Shown in pieces: positions 21,011 to 30,392 of a DNA stretch of 64,000 nucleotides; the stretch's first letter is position 1, and each line of letters opens with the position of its first letter. Location: NCBI RefSeq assembly GCF_039990255.1, contig NZ_JBDXGG010000016.1, positions 94,958 through 158,957 of the forward strand, in the 5' to 3' direction. This DNA comes from Nisaea sp. (GTDB lineage: Bacteria > Pseudomonadota > Alphaproteobacteria > Thalassobaculales > Thalassobaculaceae). Both the position numbers and the translations under genes were made by a program. Under the pieces are notes generated by a model. The model was not told the DNA's origin. It saw only the letters and a program-made list of their open reading frames with translations, and did no database searches.

Positions 21011-21490
21011 TTACCGCCCGGCAACAACCGCGCTGGTCACGCCGTTCACTTCCGTGACCAGCGCGCGAAGCTCCTCCCGTGTCATACCGACGGTATCGAA
21101 CAGGCAAGCAGAGACATCTCTAGACTTTTTACGCAGCGTTCGCCCCGCCTCGGTCAGGGTCACCTGAACCTGCCGCTCGTCATTGGCGGCCCGGCGGCGC
21201 TGCACGAGCCCCGCCTGCTCAAGCCGTTTCAGCAGCGGTGTCAGGGTGTTAGATTCCAGATGCAGAAGCTCTCCGAGCTGACCGACATTCTGATTGTCAT
21301 GCTCCCACAGAGCCATCAGCACGAGATATTGCGGATAGGTTAGCCCGAGTTCTCCCAGCAGCGGTTTGTAGAACCGGTTCATGGCGTGATGCGCCTTGTA
21401 GAGAGCGAAGCACAGGAGCTCGTTCAGCTGCGGTTGGCCGGCAAGTTCGTCTGACACAAATAGTCTCCCATACGACACCGCCCACAACAT
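21011..21490 (-). CDS. ohrR: MarR family regulator, OhrR-type
   Basis: MarR wHTH 'LTYPQYLVLMALWE..NQNVGQLGELLHLESNTLTPLLKRLE'. It has the conserved N-terminal Cys 'LLCFALY' and is divergent from ohr. Confidence 0.85.
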   Translation of the reverse strand: MLWAVSYGRLFVSDELAGQPQLNELLCFALYKAHHAMNRFYKPLLGELGLTYPQYLVLMALWEHDNQNVGQLGELLHLESNTLTPLLKRLEQAGLVQRRRAANDERQVQVTLTEAGRTLRKKSRDVSACLFDTVGMTREELRALVTEVNGVTSAVVAGR

Positions 21491-21504
21491 GCGAGGAAAT
21501 TTAA

Positions 21505-21570
21505 TCGCACGCGATAAAATCGCAAGCCCTTGACAGTTTATTACGGGTGATTACTTATGTCGCACACGAT
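21505..21570. promoter_or_regulatory. ohrR/ohr divergent control region: TTGACA -35 flanked by two TCGCACRCGAT boxes
   Basis: TCGCACGCGAT at 21505-21515 and TCGCACACGAT at 21560-21570. TTGACA lies at 21530-21535, with a weak -10 'TACTTA' about 16 nt downstream. The boxes are candidate OhrR operators. Confidence 0.4.
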
Positions 21571-21607
21571 TTAATCGTCTACATCAAATCAATCAAGGAA
21601 CTATTTT

Positions 21608-22039
21608 ATGTCAGTCAATGTTCTCTACACCATCGGTGCGACCGCAACCGGCGGCCGGGACGGCAGCGCCAAGACCAGCGACGGCGCACTCGACGTCACC
21701 CTCTCGACGCCGAAGGAACTCGGCGGGGCCGGCGGCGCCGGAAACAATCCGGAACAACTTTTCGCGGCGGGCTATGCAGCCTGTTTCCTCGGCGCGATGA
21801 AGTTTGTCGCTTCCCAGGGGGAGTCTTCGGTCGAGATCACCCCGGAAACCACCGTCTCCTCCGAAGTCGGCATCGGCCCACGCTCTGAAGGTGGCTTCGG
21901 TCTTGAGGTGTCGCTCACTGTTTCCGTTCCCGGCGCGGACAAGGACGCTGTGCAGGACCTGATCGAGAAAGCCCACCAGGTCTGCCCGTACTCGAACGCC
22001 ACGCGGAACAATATCGACGTGAAACTGTCGGTCGACTAA
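21608..22039 (+). CDS. ohr: organic hydroperoxide resistance protein Ohr (OsmC/Ohr family)
   Basis: 'NPEQLFAAGYAACF' and 'VCPYSNATRNNI' carry the two catalytic Cys. 143 aa. Confidence 0.95.
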   Translation: MSVNVLYTIGATATGGRDGSAKTSDGALDVTLSTPKELGGAGGAGNNPEQLFAAGYAACFLGAMKFVASQGESSVEITPETTVSSEVGIGPRSEGGFGLEVSLTVSVPGADKDAVQDLIEKAHQVCPYSNATRNNIDVKLSVD

Positions 22040-22065
22040 GGCTAAGCCGGAACATCAACGAAAAC

Positions 22066-22086
22066 GGGCCGCCCAATTGGCGGCCC
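22066..22086. terminator. bidirectional hairpin terminator between ohr and the phzF-like gene
   Basis: GGGCCGCC-CAATT-GGCGGCCC perfect 8-bp GC stem between convergent genes. Confidence 0.6.
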
Positions 22087-22101
22087 GCTGCATTTGAGTT
22101 T

Positions 22102-22947
22102 CTATTCCGCTGCCATGATCCGGGCCTGCCCCGACACTCGGATCGAACTTCCCGGCTCGGACGAAAATTCGGCGTGCAGACGCGAGAGCATACCCATGTC
22201 TTCGCCCTGAATGACCTCAATAGCCCCTGAATGCGGCCAGCCGATATCCCGGAGATAGCCTGCGAAGGCAGCTGTCGCTGCACCCGTGGCCGGGTCTTCA
22301 TAAACACCACCCGAAGCAAACGGGTTCCGTGTGTGAAACAATTGCGGGCTTTCCGGAAAGACCAGCAGGATTGTCACCAGACCGTGCCGCCTCATCAGCG
22401 CCTGACCCTCACCCAGATCATATTTCATATCGGCAAGGGCCTGACGCGAATTGAGCGCCAGCACGAAATGATCTGCCCCGCCATGGATCAGTGCGGGCGG
22501 GATGTCCTTATGCAGATCGTCCGTTGAATAGCCGAACAGATCCATCACCTCGGATAAGAGCGCGGCTGATGCTTTTTCGCTGCGGGTCGGAGGCGACTGC
22601 AATGCGGCCGTCAACGCTCCAGCTTTGTTCGTCCCTTCAACGGTGATGTTCGCATTGTTGAGTGTGAGGCCAAAAACGCCGTCTCCCTCTTTCAGGGCAA
22701 GCGCGGCCCCGAGGGCGATCGTAGCGTGGCCGCAGAACGGAACCTCCGACTCGGGGGAGAAATAACGCACCCGCCAGCTCTCACCTTCAGGCGCGGCAAA
22801 AGCGGTTTCCGAGAAACCCACTTCGGCGGCGATGCGCCGCATGTCTTCCACCGTGGGTAAGCTATCCGCAATCAGGACACCTGCGGGATTGCCACCTGCA
22901 TCCGCATGCGAAAATGCCGCTATTCGTTCCACATTTACTTTATTCAT
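22102..22947 (-). CDS. PhzF family isomerase
   Basis: 'FSHADAGGNPAGVL', 'GFSETAF' and 'RYFSPESEVPFCGHATIA' match the PhzF pattern. 281 aa. Confidence 0.85.
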   Translation of the reverse strand: MNKVNVERIAAFSHADAGGNPAGVLIADSLPTVEDMRRIAAEVGFSETAFAAPEGESWRVRYFSPESEVPFCGHATIALGAALALKEGDGVFGLTLNNANITVEGTNKAGALTAALQSPPTRSEKASAALLSEVMDLFGYSTDDLHKDIPPALIHGGADHFVLALNSRQALADMKYDLGEGQALMRRHGLVTILLVFPESPQLFHTRNPFASGGVYEDPATGAATAAFAGYLRDIGWPHSGAIEVIQGEDMGMLSRLHAEFSSEPGSSIRVSGQARIMAAE

Positions 22948-23205
22948 GTTTTTTCCACATCATTGACGAAAAATCGAAACTAATGTGACTAGAAATGGGC
23001 GCAACAGCGTAGCCTCACAACGGAAGTTTTCAGGCACGGTGGAAATTGATCTGTTCTGAAAGGTCACCAGTATTGCCGGACAATGAAAGCTGCTTCCGGA
23101 CACGTGGGAGCAGCATAACCCACGCGCCAGAGAACACCGGTCACCTTGCAATCTTTATGAGAAGGGACTTGCAGGTTATCCGGCCCCGGCGCCCTTCTCA
23201 CAGCC

Positions 23206-25734
23206 TCATTCGTTCCTGAGCAGCGGAGCGGCTTTCTGTGACAAGGCGCTCCAGGTGCCGATCAGCCCCAGTGTGATGGTGATCATCGTCGAGAAAGCAG
23301 CCGTCAGCACCACCGATGGCGCGTCGAAGGCAAAGTCGCCCCGCATCAGCTGGGTGATGACGACATAGCCGATGATCGTGCCGATAAGGGCGGCGACCAG
23401 CGACGTTGCAAGACCGAGCAGGCCATATTCCAATATATAGGCAGCCAGCACCTTACGCCGGGTTGCTCCCAGTACCTTCAGCACAACCGCATCGTAGATC
23501 CGCCTCTGGTGGCCGGAGATCACCGCCCCGGCCAAAACGAGGACACCCGCGAGCAGCGTCACTGACGCAGTTATCCGGATGGCGATGCCGACCGCGTCCA
23601 TGATGCGCCCGGCATTGTCGAGCGCGTCCTTCACCCGGATGGCGGAGACATTGGCGAACCGGTCCGTGACCGCCCGCTGCACAGCCTCTTCCCCATCCGG
23701 GCTATCAGCATAGACCGTGGAAATAATGCTGTGCGGTGCCGCCTCAAGCGTGCCGGGAGCAAAGACGAAGACGAAATTCATCCCCAGCGACTGCCACTCG
23801 ATGTTCCGCAGATTATGAACTGTCGCGGTGATCTCCCGGCCGAGAACATTCAGGGTGATGGTATCCCCGATGCCGATTCCGTAACCACGCGCGATTTCCG
23901 CATCGAAAGAGAGCAGCGGTGGCCCGCTGTAATCCTCCGGCCACCAGTCGCCTTCAACCAGGTCGGTGCCGGGCGGTGGCGTCGCGGCGTAAGTCAGGCC
24001 GCGATCCCCGTTTATGGTCCATTGCACGTCCGGGTCGACCTTGCGCTCCGACGCAGGCACCCCGGCGATCTTGACGATCCGGCCTCGCACGAGCGGCGTG
24101 CGCTCCATCTTGGTGATACCGGGCACGCTTTCCACAGTCTCAATGAAGCCCTCGACCTGGTGCGGTTGGATATCGATGAAGAAATAGGACGGTGCGATCT
24201 CCGGGATCTGTTCTTTCAGTTGGCGAGACAGGTTGGCCTCGATCAGGGCAATAGCGACCAGCACGGTGAGGCCAAGTCCAAGAGATAGGATCACGCTCGC
24301 CGTCGGCGCGCCGGGCCTGTGCAGATTGGCCACGGCAAGCCGCAGGTCCGGGCGCTTTGGCGTCGGGACCATACGGGCGCCCCGGACAATAAGCTGGGCT
24401 CCACCGCCGAAGAGTAACAGAACACCCACCGCCCCAGCGATGAAGCCGCCCGCCAATTTCGGATCATCCGTCGCGACCACGGCAAGGCCAGCCAGGATCA
24501 GAGCGCTGACCGCACTGGCGATAATGTACTTTCCGGCAGGCCGTCCGGACGGCGGCACGATCAGGGCGCGGAAAAGCTGCGCCGCGCGTACCCCCCCTGC
24601 CCGCCCTAGCGGCCAGAGCGAGAAGGCGATGGTGGTGAGATAGCCGAACGCCCCGGCAGTCAGCAGGGGTTTCCAGTAAAGTCCACCCGGCACCTCGAAA
24701 GGCAGCATGCCGCTGATCAGCGTACCCGCAATCAACGGCGCCAGCGCGCCGATGGCAAGCCCGGCACCGATGCCGACGGTGGCAACCGCCAGGATCTGCA
24801 CAAAATAGGCGGTGAAAACGGTCCCGGTCGTGGCGCCGAGGCATTTCAGAGTTGCGATGGTTGCCATCCGGCGATCAAGGAAAGCCCGTACCGCATTGGC
24901 GATACCAACACCGCCAACCAGGAGTGCCGTCAGCCCAACAAGGGTCAGGAATTGTGTCACCCGGTTGATGAACCGGTCGAAGCCTGGCGCGGCACGATCC
25001 ACCCCGCGCAGCCGCCAACCCGCATCCGGGAATTTCTCATTCGCTTGTTCGATCCAGTCAGCCCCTACGAGACCCTGCTTCAAACCAATCAGGTAATGAA
25101 AGCGGATCATGCTGCCGCGCTGGACCAGACCCGTTTCCGGCAGGGAAGCTGCCGGGATCATCACGCGAGGGCCGAAGGAGGCAAAACTGACGGAGCGATC
25201 CGGCTCTTTCACGATAACATCGCGCACTTCAAAGGTGGCCTCGCCGATCTTCAGCGTGTCTCCCGGCACAAGTTCGAGCCGGGTTGCGAGAGCAGCATCC
25301 ACCACAGCGCCGAAGATGCCGTCGCGCAGTGCCAGTTCGGTCTGAATGTCGTCGCCTTTTTCCAGATCGAGGGAGCCGAACAACGGATAGACATCGCTTA
25401 CCGCTTTCAGTTCGACCAGGGTGCGCCGGTCCGCGTCGGTCTTGCGAGCCATAGCCCGCATCTCGACGGTTTCAGCCACAGTGCCGGACTGTCGGAACCA
25501 ATCCACCTGCTCAGGTGCTGCCTCGCGATGAGTGTAGCGAATCTCGATATCACCGCCGAGGATCTCCCGTGCGTCCCGCTCGACCCCCGCCATCATGGCT
25601 GAAGAAACGGAGCCGACACCGGCCATCGCCGCCACGCCAAGGGCAAGGCAGGCTAAAAACACGCGGAAAGAGGAGACCGCGCCGCGCAGCTCCCGGCGGG
25701 CGATCGTCAGGGCAATGAGAAAATTTTGCATCAA
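23206..25734 (-). CDS. ABC transporter permease with two FtsX-type domains (YbbP-like)
   Basis: 842 aa. Two blocks of 4 TM helices are separated by large periplasmic regions. It makes a 4-nt overlap with the upstream ATPase. Confidence 0.8.
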   Translation of the reverse strand: MMQNFLIALTIARRELRGAVSSFRVFLACLALGVAAMAGVGSVSSAMMAGVERDAREILGGDIEIRYTHREAAPEQVDWFRQSGTVAETVEMRAMARKTDADRRTLVELKAVSDVYPLFGSLDLEKGDDIQTELALRDGIFGAVVDAALATRLELVPGDTLKIGEATFEVRDVIVKEPDRSVSFASFGPRVMIPAASLPETGLVQRGSMIRFHYLIGLKQGLVGADWIEQANEKFPDAGWRLRGVDRAAPGFDRFINRVTQFLTLVGLTALLVGGVGIANAVRAFLDRRMATIATLKCLGATTGTVFTAYFVQILAVATVGIGAGLAIGALAPLIAGTLISGMLPFEVPGGLYWKPLLTAGAFGYLTTIAFSLWPLGRAGGVRAAQLFRALIVPPSGRPAGKYIIASAVSALILAGLAVVATDDPKLAGGFIAGAVGVLLLFGGGAQLIVRGARMVPTPKRPDLRLAVANLHRPGAPTASVILSLGLGLTVLVAIALIEANLSRQLKEQIPEIAPSYFFIDIQPHQVEGFIETVESVPGITKMERTPLVRGRIVKIAGVPASERKVDPDVQWTINGDRGLTYAATPPPGTDLVEGDWWPEDYSGPPLLSFDAEIARGYGIGIGDTITLNVLGREITATVHNLRNIEWQSLGMNFVFVFAPGTLEAAPHSIISTVYADSPDGEEAVQRAVTDRFANVSAIRVKDALDNAGRIMDAVGIAIRITASVTLLAGVLVLAGAVISGHQRRIYDAVVLKVLGATRRKVLAAYILEYGLLGLATSLVAALIGTIIGYVVITQLMRGDFAFDAPSVVLTAAFSTMITITLGLIGTWSALSQKAAPLLRNE

Positions 25735-26468
25735 GCGTGCTGCCGTTCAGCTGCCGCATTATCATCAGGTTCGGCTGGTGCACTCGGTGCCGCGCGCCGG
25801 AGATCACTCACAATCTTGCCGTCAGCCATGGAAATCACCCGGCTGCTATGCTCGGCCAACGCCATGTCATGGGTGATCAGCACTAGGGTAGTGCCGTGCG
25901 TCTCGCTCAACTCGAAAAGCAGTTCCATGATATTGTCGCCGGTAGCACCGTCGAGATTCCCCGTCGGCTCGTCCGCCAGCAACAGTTTCGGCCGGGTGAC
26001 GAAAGCACGGGCAATGGCCACGCGCTGCTGCTCACCACCGGAAAGCTGGTCCGGGTAGTGCGTCACTCGGTGTGCCAGTCCTACCCGTCCTAGGCTCTCC
26101 TCGGCGAGGGCGAAGGCATCGCGTGACCCTGCCAACTCGAGCGGTATGGCCACGTTCTCGAGCGCCGTCATGGTCGGCACCAGACGGAAGGCCTGAAAGA
26201 CGATCCCCACAGTGTCTCGCCGAAATATGGCAAGTGCATCCTCGCTCATAGCAGAGAGGTTGTGATCCGCAACGGAGACACCGCCGGAGCTGGCTTGCTC
26301 CAACCCGCCCATCACCATCATCAGGGTCGACTTGCCGGCGCCGGACGGTCCGACGATGCTGACCGTCTCACCGGCTGTTACTTCAAGATCAATCCCGCGG
26401 AGGATATTGACCTCGCCCGCCCCGCTCCTCAGGTTAAGGTGCAAGTCAGACAACCGGATCAATGCCAT
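25731..26468 (-). CDS. ABC transporter ATP-binding protein (YbbA/LolD-like)
   Basis: Walker A 'GPSGAGKST', signature 'LSGGEQQR' and Walker B 'LLLADEPT'. The start is 'MALIRLSD' at 26468. The long upstream extension of ORF 25731..27002 is spurious. Confidence 0.9.
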   Translation of the reverse strand: MALIRLSDLHLNLRSGAGEVNILRGIDLEVTAGETVSIVGPSGAGKSTLMMVMGGLEQASSGGVSVADHNLSAMSEDALAIFRRDTVGIVFQAFRLVPTMTALENVAIPLELAGSRDAFALAEESLGRVGLAHRVTHYPDQLSGGEQQRVAIARAFVTRPKLLLADEPTGNLDGATGDNIMELLFELSETHGTTLVLITHDMALAEHSSRVISMADGKIVSDLRRAAPSAPAEPDDNAAAERQHA

Positions 26469-27219
26469 GAGTGAGTCTTCCCAGATTAAACAGCGGTGGA
26501 GCCCGGCGACGCCAGACGCCTCGGAATTGTGCGCACCTCCGCCATATAGGGTTACCATAGTGCATTGCAACGCTGTCAGACGTGCTTTCCGTCGTTGTGC
26601 CGCGGTTGTTCTCTCCGCATTATTATTGATTTTCCTCGCGTTCAGCACTTCCGCAGAAGCCGAACTCCGGATTCTCGGCCTCGGAGACAGCCTGATGGCC
26701 GGGTATGGCCTCCCGCCGGGAGATAGCTTTCCTGACCAGCTACAGGAAGTCCTTCGGGCAACAGGGATCGACGCCACCGTGACCAACGCCGGTGTCTCCG
26801 GAGATACCAGCGCCGGCGGGCGGGCCCGGCTGGACTGGGCCCTGGCCTCCGATCCCCACGCGGTGATCCTGGAGCTCGGAGCCAATGACGGGCTGCGCGG
26901 GTTGGAGCCGTCGGAAACGAGGCGCAACCTTGATGCCATCCTGACCGTCCTCGGCGAGAAAGGCCTCCCAGTCCTGCTCGCGGGCATGCTGGCGCCGCCC
27001 AATCTTGGTCAGGAATATGGCGTCGAGTTCGAAGCCGTATATCGCGACCTCGCCGAAAAACACGGTGTGTTGTTCTATCCGTTTTTCCTCGACGGTGTCG
27101 TCGGAGACCCGGCACTCAATCAACAGGACGGAATCCATCCGACAAAAGAGGGCGTCGCCATCATCGTCGAGCGCATTCTGCCGAAGGTGCGGGAACTCAT
27201 CGATCACCAGACCAACTGA
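26467..27219 (+). CDS. SGNH/GDSL arylesterase-thioesterase (TesA-like)
   Basis: Block I 'LGLGDSLMAGYG', block III 'LGANDGL' and block V 'DGIHPT'. Signal-like 'VVLSALLLIFLAFSTSAEA'. The start is uncertain (ATG 26467 or GTG 26560). It is divergent from the ybbA/ybbP-like pair, as in E. coli tesA-ybbA-ybbP. Confidence 0.8.
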   Translation: MSESSQIKQRWSPATPDASELCAPPPYRVTIVHCNAVRRAFRRCAAVVLSALLLIFLAFSTSAEAELRILGLGDSLMAGYGLPPGDSFPDQLQEVLRATGIDATVTNAGVSGDTSAGGRARLDWALASDPHAVILELGANDGLRGLEPSETRRNLDAILTVLGEKGLPVLLAGMLAPPNLGQEYGVEFEAVYRDLAEKHGVLFYPFFLDGVVGDPALNQQDGIHPTKEGVAIIVERILPKVRELIDHQTN

Positions 27220-27295
27220 TCCGCACCTTTCCGCAAACCGGATATCGGACGCGCCTTCACCCGGCATGACGCATCATGCATATCGACATTTTATC

Positions 27296-27324
27296 TTGTT
27301 TTACACTTTTTACGTGTATATATT
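27296..27324 (+). promoter_or_regulatory. candidate sigma70-type promoter in an AT-rich patch upstream of the thaumatin-like gene
   Basis: TTGTTT (27296-301), a 17-nt spacer, then TATATT (27319-324). It is embedded in a locally AT-rich ~70-bp segment that is unusual for this genome. Confidence 0.3.
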
Positions 27325-27377
27325 TTGAATATCATATTACTCAACCCGCTTTGCCGTTCCGGAAAAGGAGATTTGGC

Positions 27378-28433
27378 ATGCTGGACTGGATTTCAGAGAG
27401 AAAACATCCACTCGCCTGCATCATCGGCGGACTCTTTGCAGTAGCAATCTTGTTGATCTCAACCCTCCCTGTACTTGCCCAGGACACCTCTACCCACCCA
27501 CGCCTCAAGATCATCAACGGATGCAGCAAAGCCATCTCCATCAATCACGTCGTCGGCGCCGGCGGGGGGACATTGACCGCCCCGAATCCGGCCATTCTGC
27601 AACCAAGCGGCCAGACCGGGGATTCCGTAACATTCAACATTCCGGACAAGGGTCTTGCCGGTACGCGGTTCTGGCCGAGCATGAAGGTACAATGCGCCGA
27701 CGGCAGCTCGGGCTGCTCTATCGGGGAAAGCGGCGGCCCCGGTCTCGCATGTCCCGGCGGGATCGGCTGCGCGCCTCCGGTCGACTCAAAATTCGAGGGA
27801 ACCTTCGGCTGCTTCGCGGCGGAAGCGGCTAAAGGCAATTGCCAGGTCAACCCGTCCGGAAACGGCGCCCCTCTTCCGGAGACGGATGGCTGGGACACCA
27901 GCATGGTCGATGGATATACGCTGCCCTACAAGGTCGAGATCAAGGGAAGCTGTCCGAACGGCCCGAAGAAAAACAAGATCGATTGCAGCGGCCTCAGCCT
28001 CTCCCAATGCCCTGTGAATGAAGATCTCAGCACCAACGGAGCCTATCCTGCACTCGCCAACGAGGATCTGACCCTCACCTTCCCAACATCGAGCGGCGGC
28101 GCGACCGACACCCAGACAGGCTGCTACTCCCCGTGCTCCAAGCTCACTACCGGGAACTGGCAGAACATCCCGAACCCACCATTCTCCGACGGGCCGACCA
28201 CTTACCAACCCTCCGATCCCCAGGCCGACTATTACTGCTGCGGCGGGTCGGTCGGCGTTGAAGCCTGCCGGAACGGCCCGGTGGTGAAGACCAGCTACGT
28301 GAAGATGATTCACGAGGTCTGCCCGCAGACCTACGCCTACGCCTATGACGACGGAACCGGCAATTTCTCCTGCCCGGCCACCGCCGAGACGATCTACGAA
28401 GTCACGTTCTTCTGCCCGCTGCAAGACAGTTAG
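27378..28433 (+). CDS. secreted thaumatin-family (PR-5/TLP-like) protein
   Basis: AAGGAG RBS 7 nt upstream. Signal peptide 'IIGGLFAVAILLISTLPVLA'. About 18 Cys in the mature part. Thaumatin landmarks: 'LKIINGCSKAISI', 'TRFWPS..C', 'DTSMVDGYTLPYKV', 'YYCC' and the C-terminal 'CPQTYAYAYDDGTGNFSCP...YEVTFFCP'. Confidence 0.8.
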   Translation: MLDWISERKHPLACIIGGLFAVAILLISTLPVLAQDTSTHPRLKIINGCSKAISINHVVGAGGGTLTAPNPAILQPSGQTGDSVTFNIPDKGLAGTRFWPSMKVQCADGSSGCSIGESGGPGLACPGGIGCAPPVDSKFEGTFGCFAAEAAKGNCQVNPSGNGAPLPETDGWDTSMVDGYTLPYKVEIKGSCPNGPKKNKIDCSGLSLSQCPVNEDLSTNGAYPALANEDLTLTFPTSSGGATDTQTGCYSPCSKLTTGNWQNIPNPPFSDGPTTYQPSDPQADYYCCGGSVGVEACRNGPVVKTSYVKMIHEVCPQTYAYAYDDGTGNFSCPATAETIYEVTFFCPLQDS

Positions 28434-28476
28434 ACCGCCCGGACGGGATACCCTGCTCGTCCGATGCTCCCCACTC

Positions 28477-28507
28477 AGGATCAGGCCCCTCTCCGGGTCC
28501 TGATCCT
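28477..28507 (+). terminator. rho-independent terminator after the thaumatin-like gene
   Basis: aggatcaggccc-ctctcc-ggg(t)cctgatcct stem-loop followed by a T-rich 'tctttcc' tail. Confidence 0.6.
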
Positions 28508-28622
28508 TCTTTCCGTTCCTCCCCGTTGATCCCGGACGCGCGCCGCGCTTAAACTCCGCGCCTTCGGGCCTCATGGCTCGAAACCTATCGCCCATCTGCT
28601 AATCAACGGAAGAGAGTTGCCA

Positions 28623-29666
28623 ATGGAATATCGCCCGCTAGGACGAACGGACCTGCGCGTCAGCGTCATCTGCCTCGGAACCATGACCTATGGCGAGCAG
28701 AACAGCGAAGCCGAAGGCCACGAGCAGATGGATTACGCGCTGGAGCGCGGCGTGAACTTCTTCGACACGGCGGAGATGTATTCCGTGCCGCCACGGGCCG
28801 AGACTTACGGTCGTACAGAGGAAGTCATCGGCACCTGGGTCAAGGCTAGCGGCAAGCGGGACAAGGTGATCCTGGCGACCAAGGTGGTCGGCCCGGGAGA
28901 GCGCTTCGCCCATGTCCGCGACGGCAATCCGAAATTCAACCGCGAACACATCACGGCCGCTGTCGATGCCAGCCTGAAGCGGCTGCAGACGGACTATATC
29001 GACCTCTATCAGCTACACTGGCCGGAGCGCTCCACGAACACTTTTGGCAAGCTCAACTATGTGCATGCTGAGGAACAGGACTGGACCCCGCTGGAAGAGA
29101 CCTTCGCCGTGCTGGCCGACCTGATCAAGGAAGGCAAGATCCGGCATGTCGGCCTCTCGAACGAGACGCCGTGGGGCACGATGAAATGCATCGCGCTGTC
29201 CGACGCCATGGGCCTGCCGCGTCCGGTCTCCGTTCAGAACCCGTACAACCTGCTGAACCGGAGCTTCGAGGTCGGTCTGGCCGAAGTGGCAATCCGCGAG
29301 GATTGTGGTCTGCTGGCCTACTCGCCCATCGCCGGCGGCGTGCTCAGCGGCAAGTATCTTGATGGTGCCCAGCCGGAAGGCGCCCGGATGACTCTCTTCC
29401 CGGGCAATTTCTCGCGCTATCTGAAGCCGAACGCCGAGGAAGCCACGATCGCCTATGCAAAGCTCGCCAAGGAGTACGGATTCGCGCCCGCAGACCTCGC
29501 CAACACCTTCGTTAACACCCGCCAGTTCACCACCTCGAACATCATTGGCGCAACGACGATGAAGCAGCTCGAAAGCAATATAGACACTGCCGAAATGGTG
29601 CTTCCGGAAGTCCTTCTGGAAGAGATCGAGAAGGTTAACCAACTGTACTCAAATCCCTGTCCTTGA
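28623..29666 (+). CDS. NADP-dependent aldo/keto reductase (Tas-like)
   Basis: 'MEYRPLGRTDLRVSVICLGTMTYG', 'FFDTAEMY' and 'LYQLHWP' are AKR hallmarks. The ORF opens at a TTG at 28617. Confidence 0.9.
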   Translation: MEYRPLGRTDLRVSVICLGTMTYGEQNSEAEGHEQMDYALERGVNFFDTAEMYSVPPRAETYGRTEEVIGTWVKASGKRDKVILATKVVGPGERFAHVRDGNPKFNREHITAAVDASLKRLQTDYIDLYQLHWPERSTNTFGKLNYVHAEEQDWTPLEETFAVLADLIKEGKIRHVGLSNETPWGTMKCIALSDAMGLPRPVSVQNPYNLLNRSFEVGLAEVAIREDCGLLAYSPIAGGVLSGKYLDGAQPEGARMTLFPGNFSRYLKPNAEEATIAYAKLAKEYGFAPADLANTFVNTRQFTTSNIIGATTMKQLESNIDTAEMVLPEVLLEEIEKVNQLYSNPCP

Positions 29667-29697
29667 CAGCCTGCGCGAGCGTGATAGCCAATTATGT

Positions 29698-30321
29698 ATG
29701 AACAGGTTGTTCGTCGCGCTCGCGCTACCCGACCATGTCCGCGCCGCACTCTCCCGGCTGCGCTGCGGTTTTCCCGGCGCCCGTTGGGTCGCGGAAGAAA
29801 ACTTTCACCTGACATTGAGATTCATCGGCGCCGTCGATAACCGTGCGATGGACGACATCGCCGCGCAGCTTGATCGCGTCCGGGAGCCAGGTTTCGACCT
29901 TGAACTTGACGGTTTTGGATGCTTCGAGACCAAGGGCCGGGCCCGCGCGCTCTGGGCCCGGGTCCTGGCCAGCGAAGAATTGCTCCATCTCCAGCGCAAG
30001 GTCGATACCGCTCTCGATGCCGCCGGCGTTGAGCGGGAAACACGCAGGTTCAAGCCTCATGTCACACTGGCCCGCTTCAAGGATGCGCCACTCGGCCCGG
30101 TGAACGACTTCATCTGCGAAGCAAGCCCTTTCGGCACCGGACTGTTTCCCGTCGGCTCCTTCACGCTTTATCGCAGTTTTCTGCACCGGGACGGACCGAT
30201 ATACCGCCCGGAAGTGGTCTATCCTCTGGATGGCGACGCCTTTTCCGATCCCTATTTTGACGAATTCAGGGACGAGGAGGATTACGAAATCACGGACGGC
30301 GTCACCATTCCGTCGCATTGA
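29698..30321 (+). CDS. thpR: RNA 2',3'-cyclic phosphodiesterase (2H family, ThpR/LigT)
   Basis: Two HxTx motifs, 'FHLTLRFIG' and 'PHVTLARF'. The ~207-aa length includes an acidic C-terminal tail. Confidence 0.85.
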   Translation: MNRLFVALALPDHVRAALSRLRCGFPGARWVAEENFHLTLRFIGAVDNRAMDDIAAQLDRVREPGFDLELDGFGCFETKGRARALWARVLASEELLHLQRKVDTALDAAGVERETRRFKPHVTLARFKDAPLGPVNDFICEASPFGTGLFPVGSFTLYRSFLHRDGPIYRPEVVYPLDGDAFSDPYFDEFRDEEDYEITDGVTIPSH

Positions 30322-30392
30322 GGCGGCATCGACACGGTTTTTTCACAAAGACCTGCAAGGATAGCTGCCCGTCAGGAAGGCTTTGGTGAACC

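Noticed and set aside
22948-23205. 258-bp lower-GC intergenic region with a Cys-rich 63-aa ORF (22960..23151, minus strand) and an 8-bp stem gagaaggg/cccttctc
   Set aside because: The ORF has no RBS or start context and a non-protein-like composition. The stem encloses a ~25-nt loop and is weak. The region is adequately explained as the ABC-operon 3' end plus the phzF-like promoter.
26469-27002. N-terminal 178-aa extension of the ABC ATPase ORF (25731..27002)
   Set aside because: The extension is Ser/Arg/Pro-rich and overlaps the well-supported SGNH hydrolase gene on the opposite strand. The canonical ABC N-terminus 'MALIRLSDL' starts at 26468.
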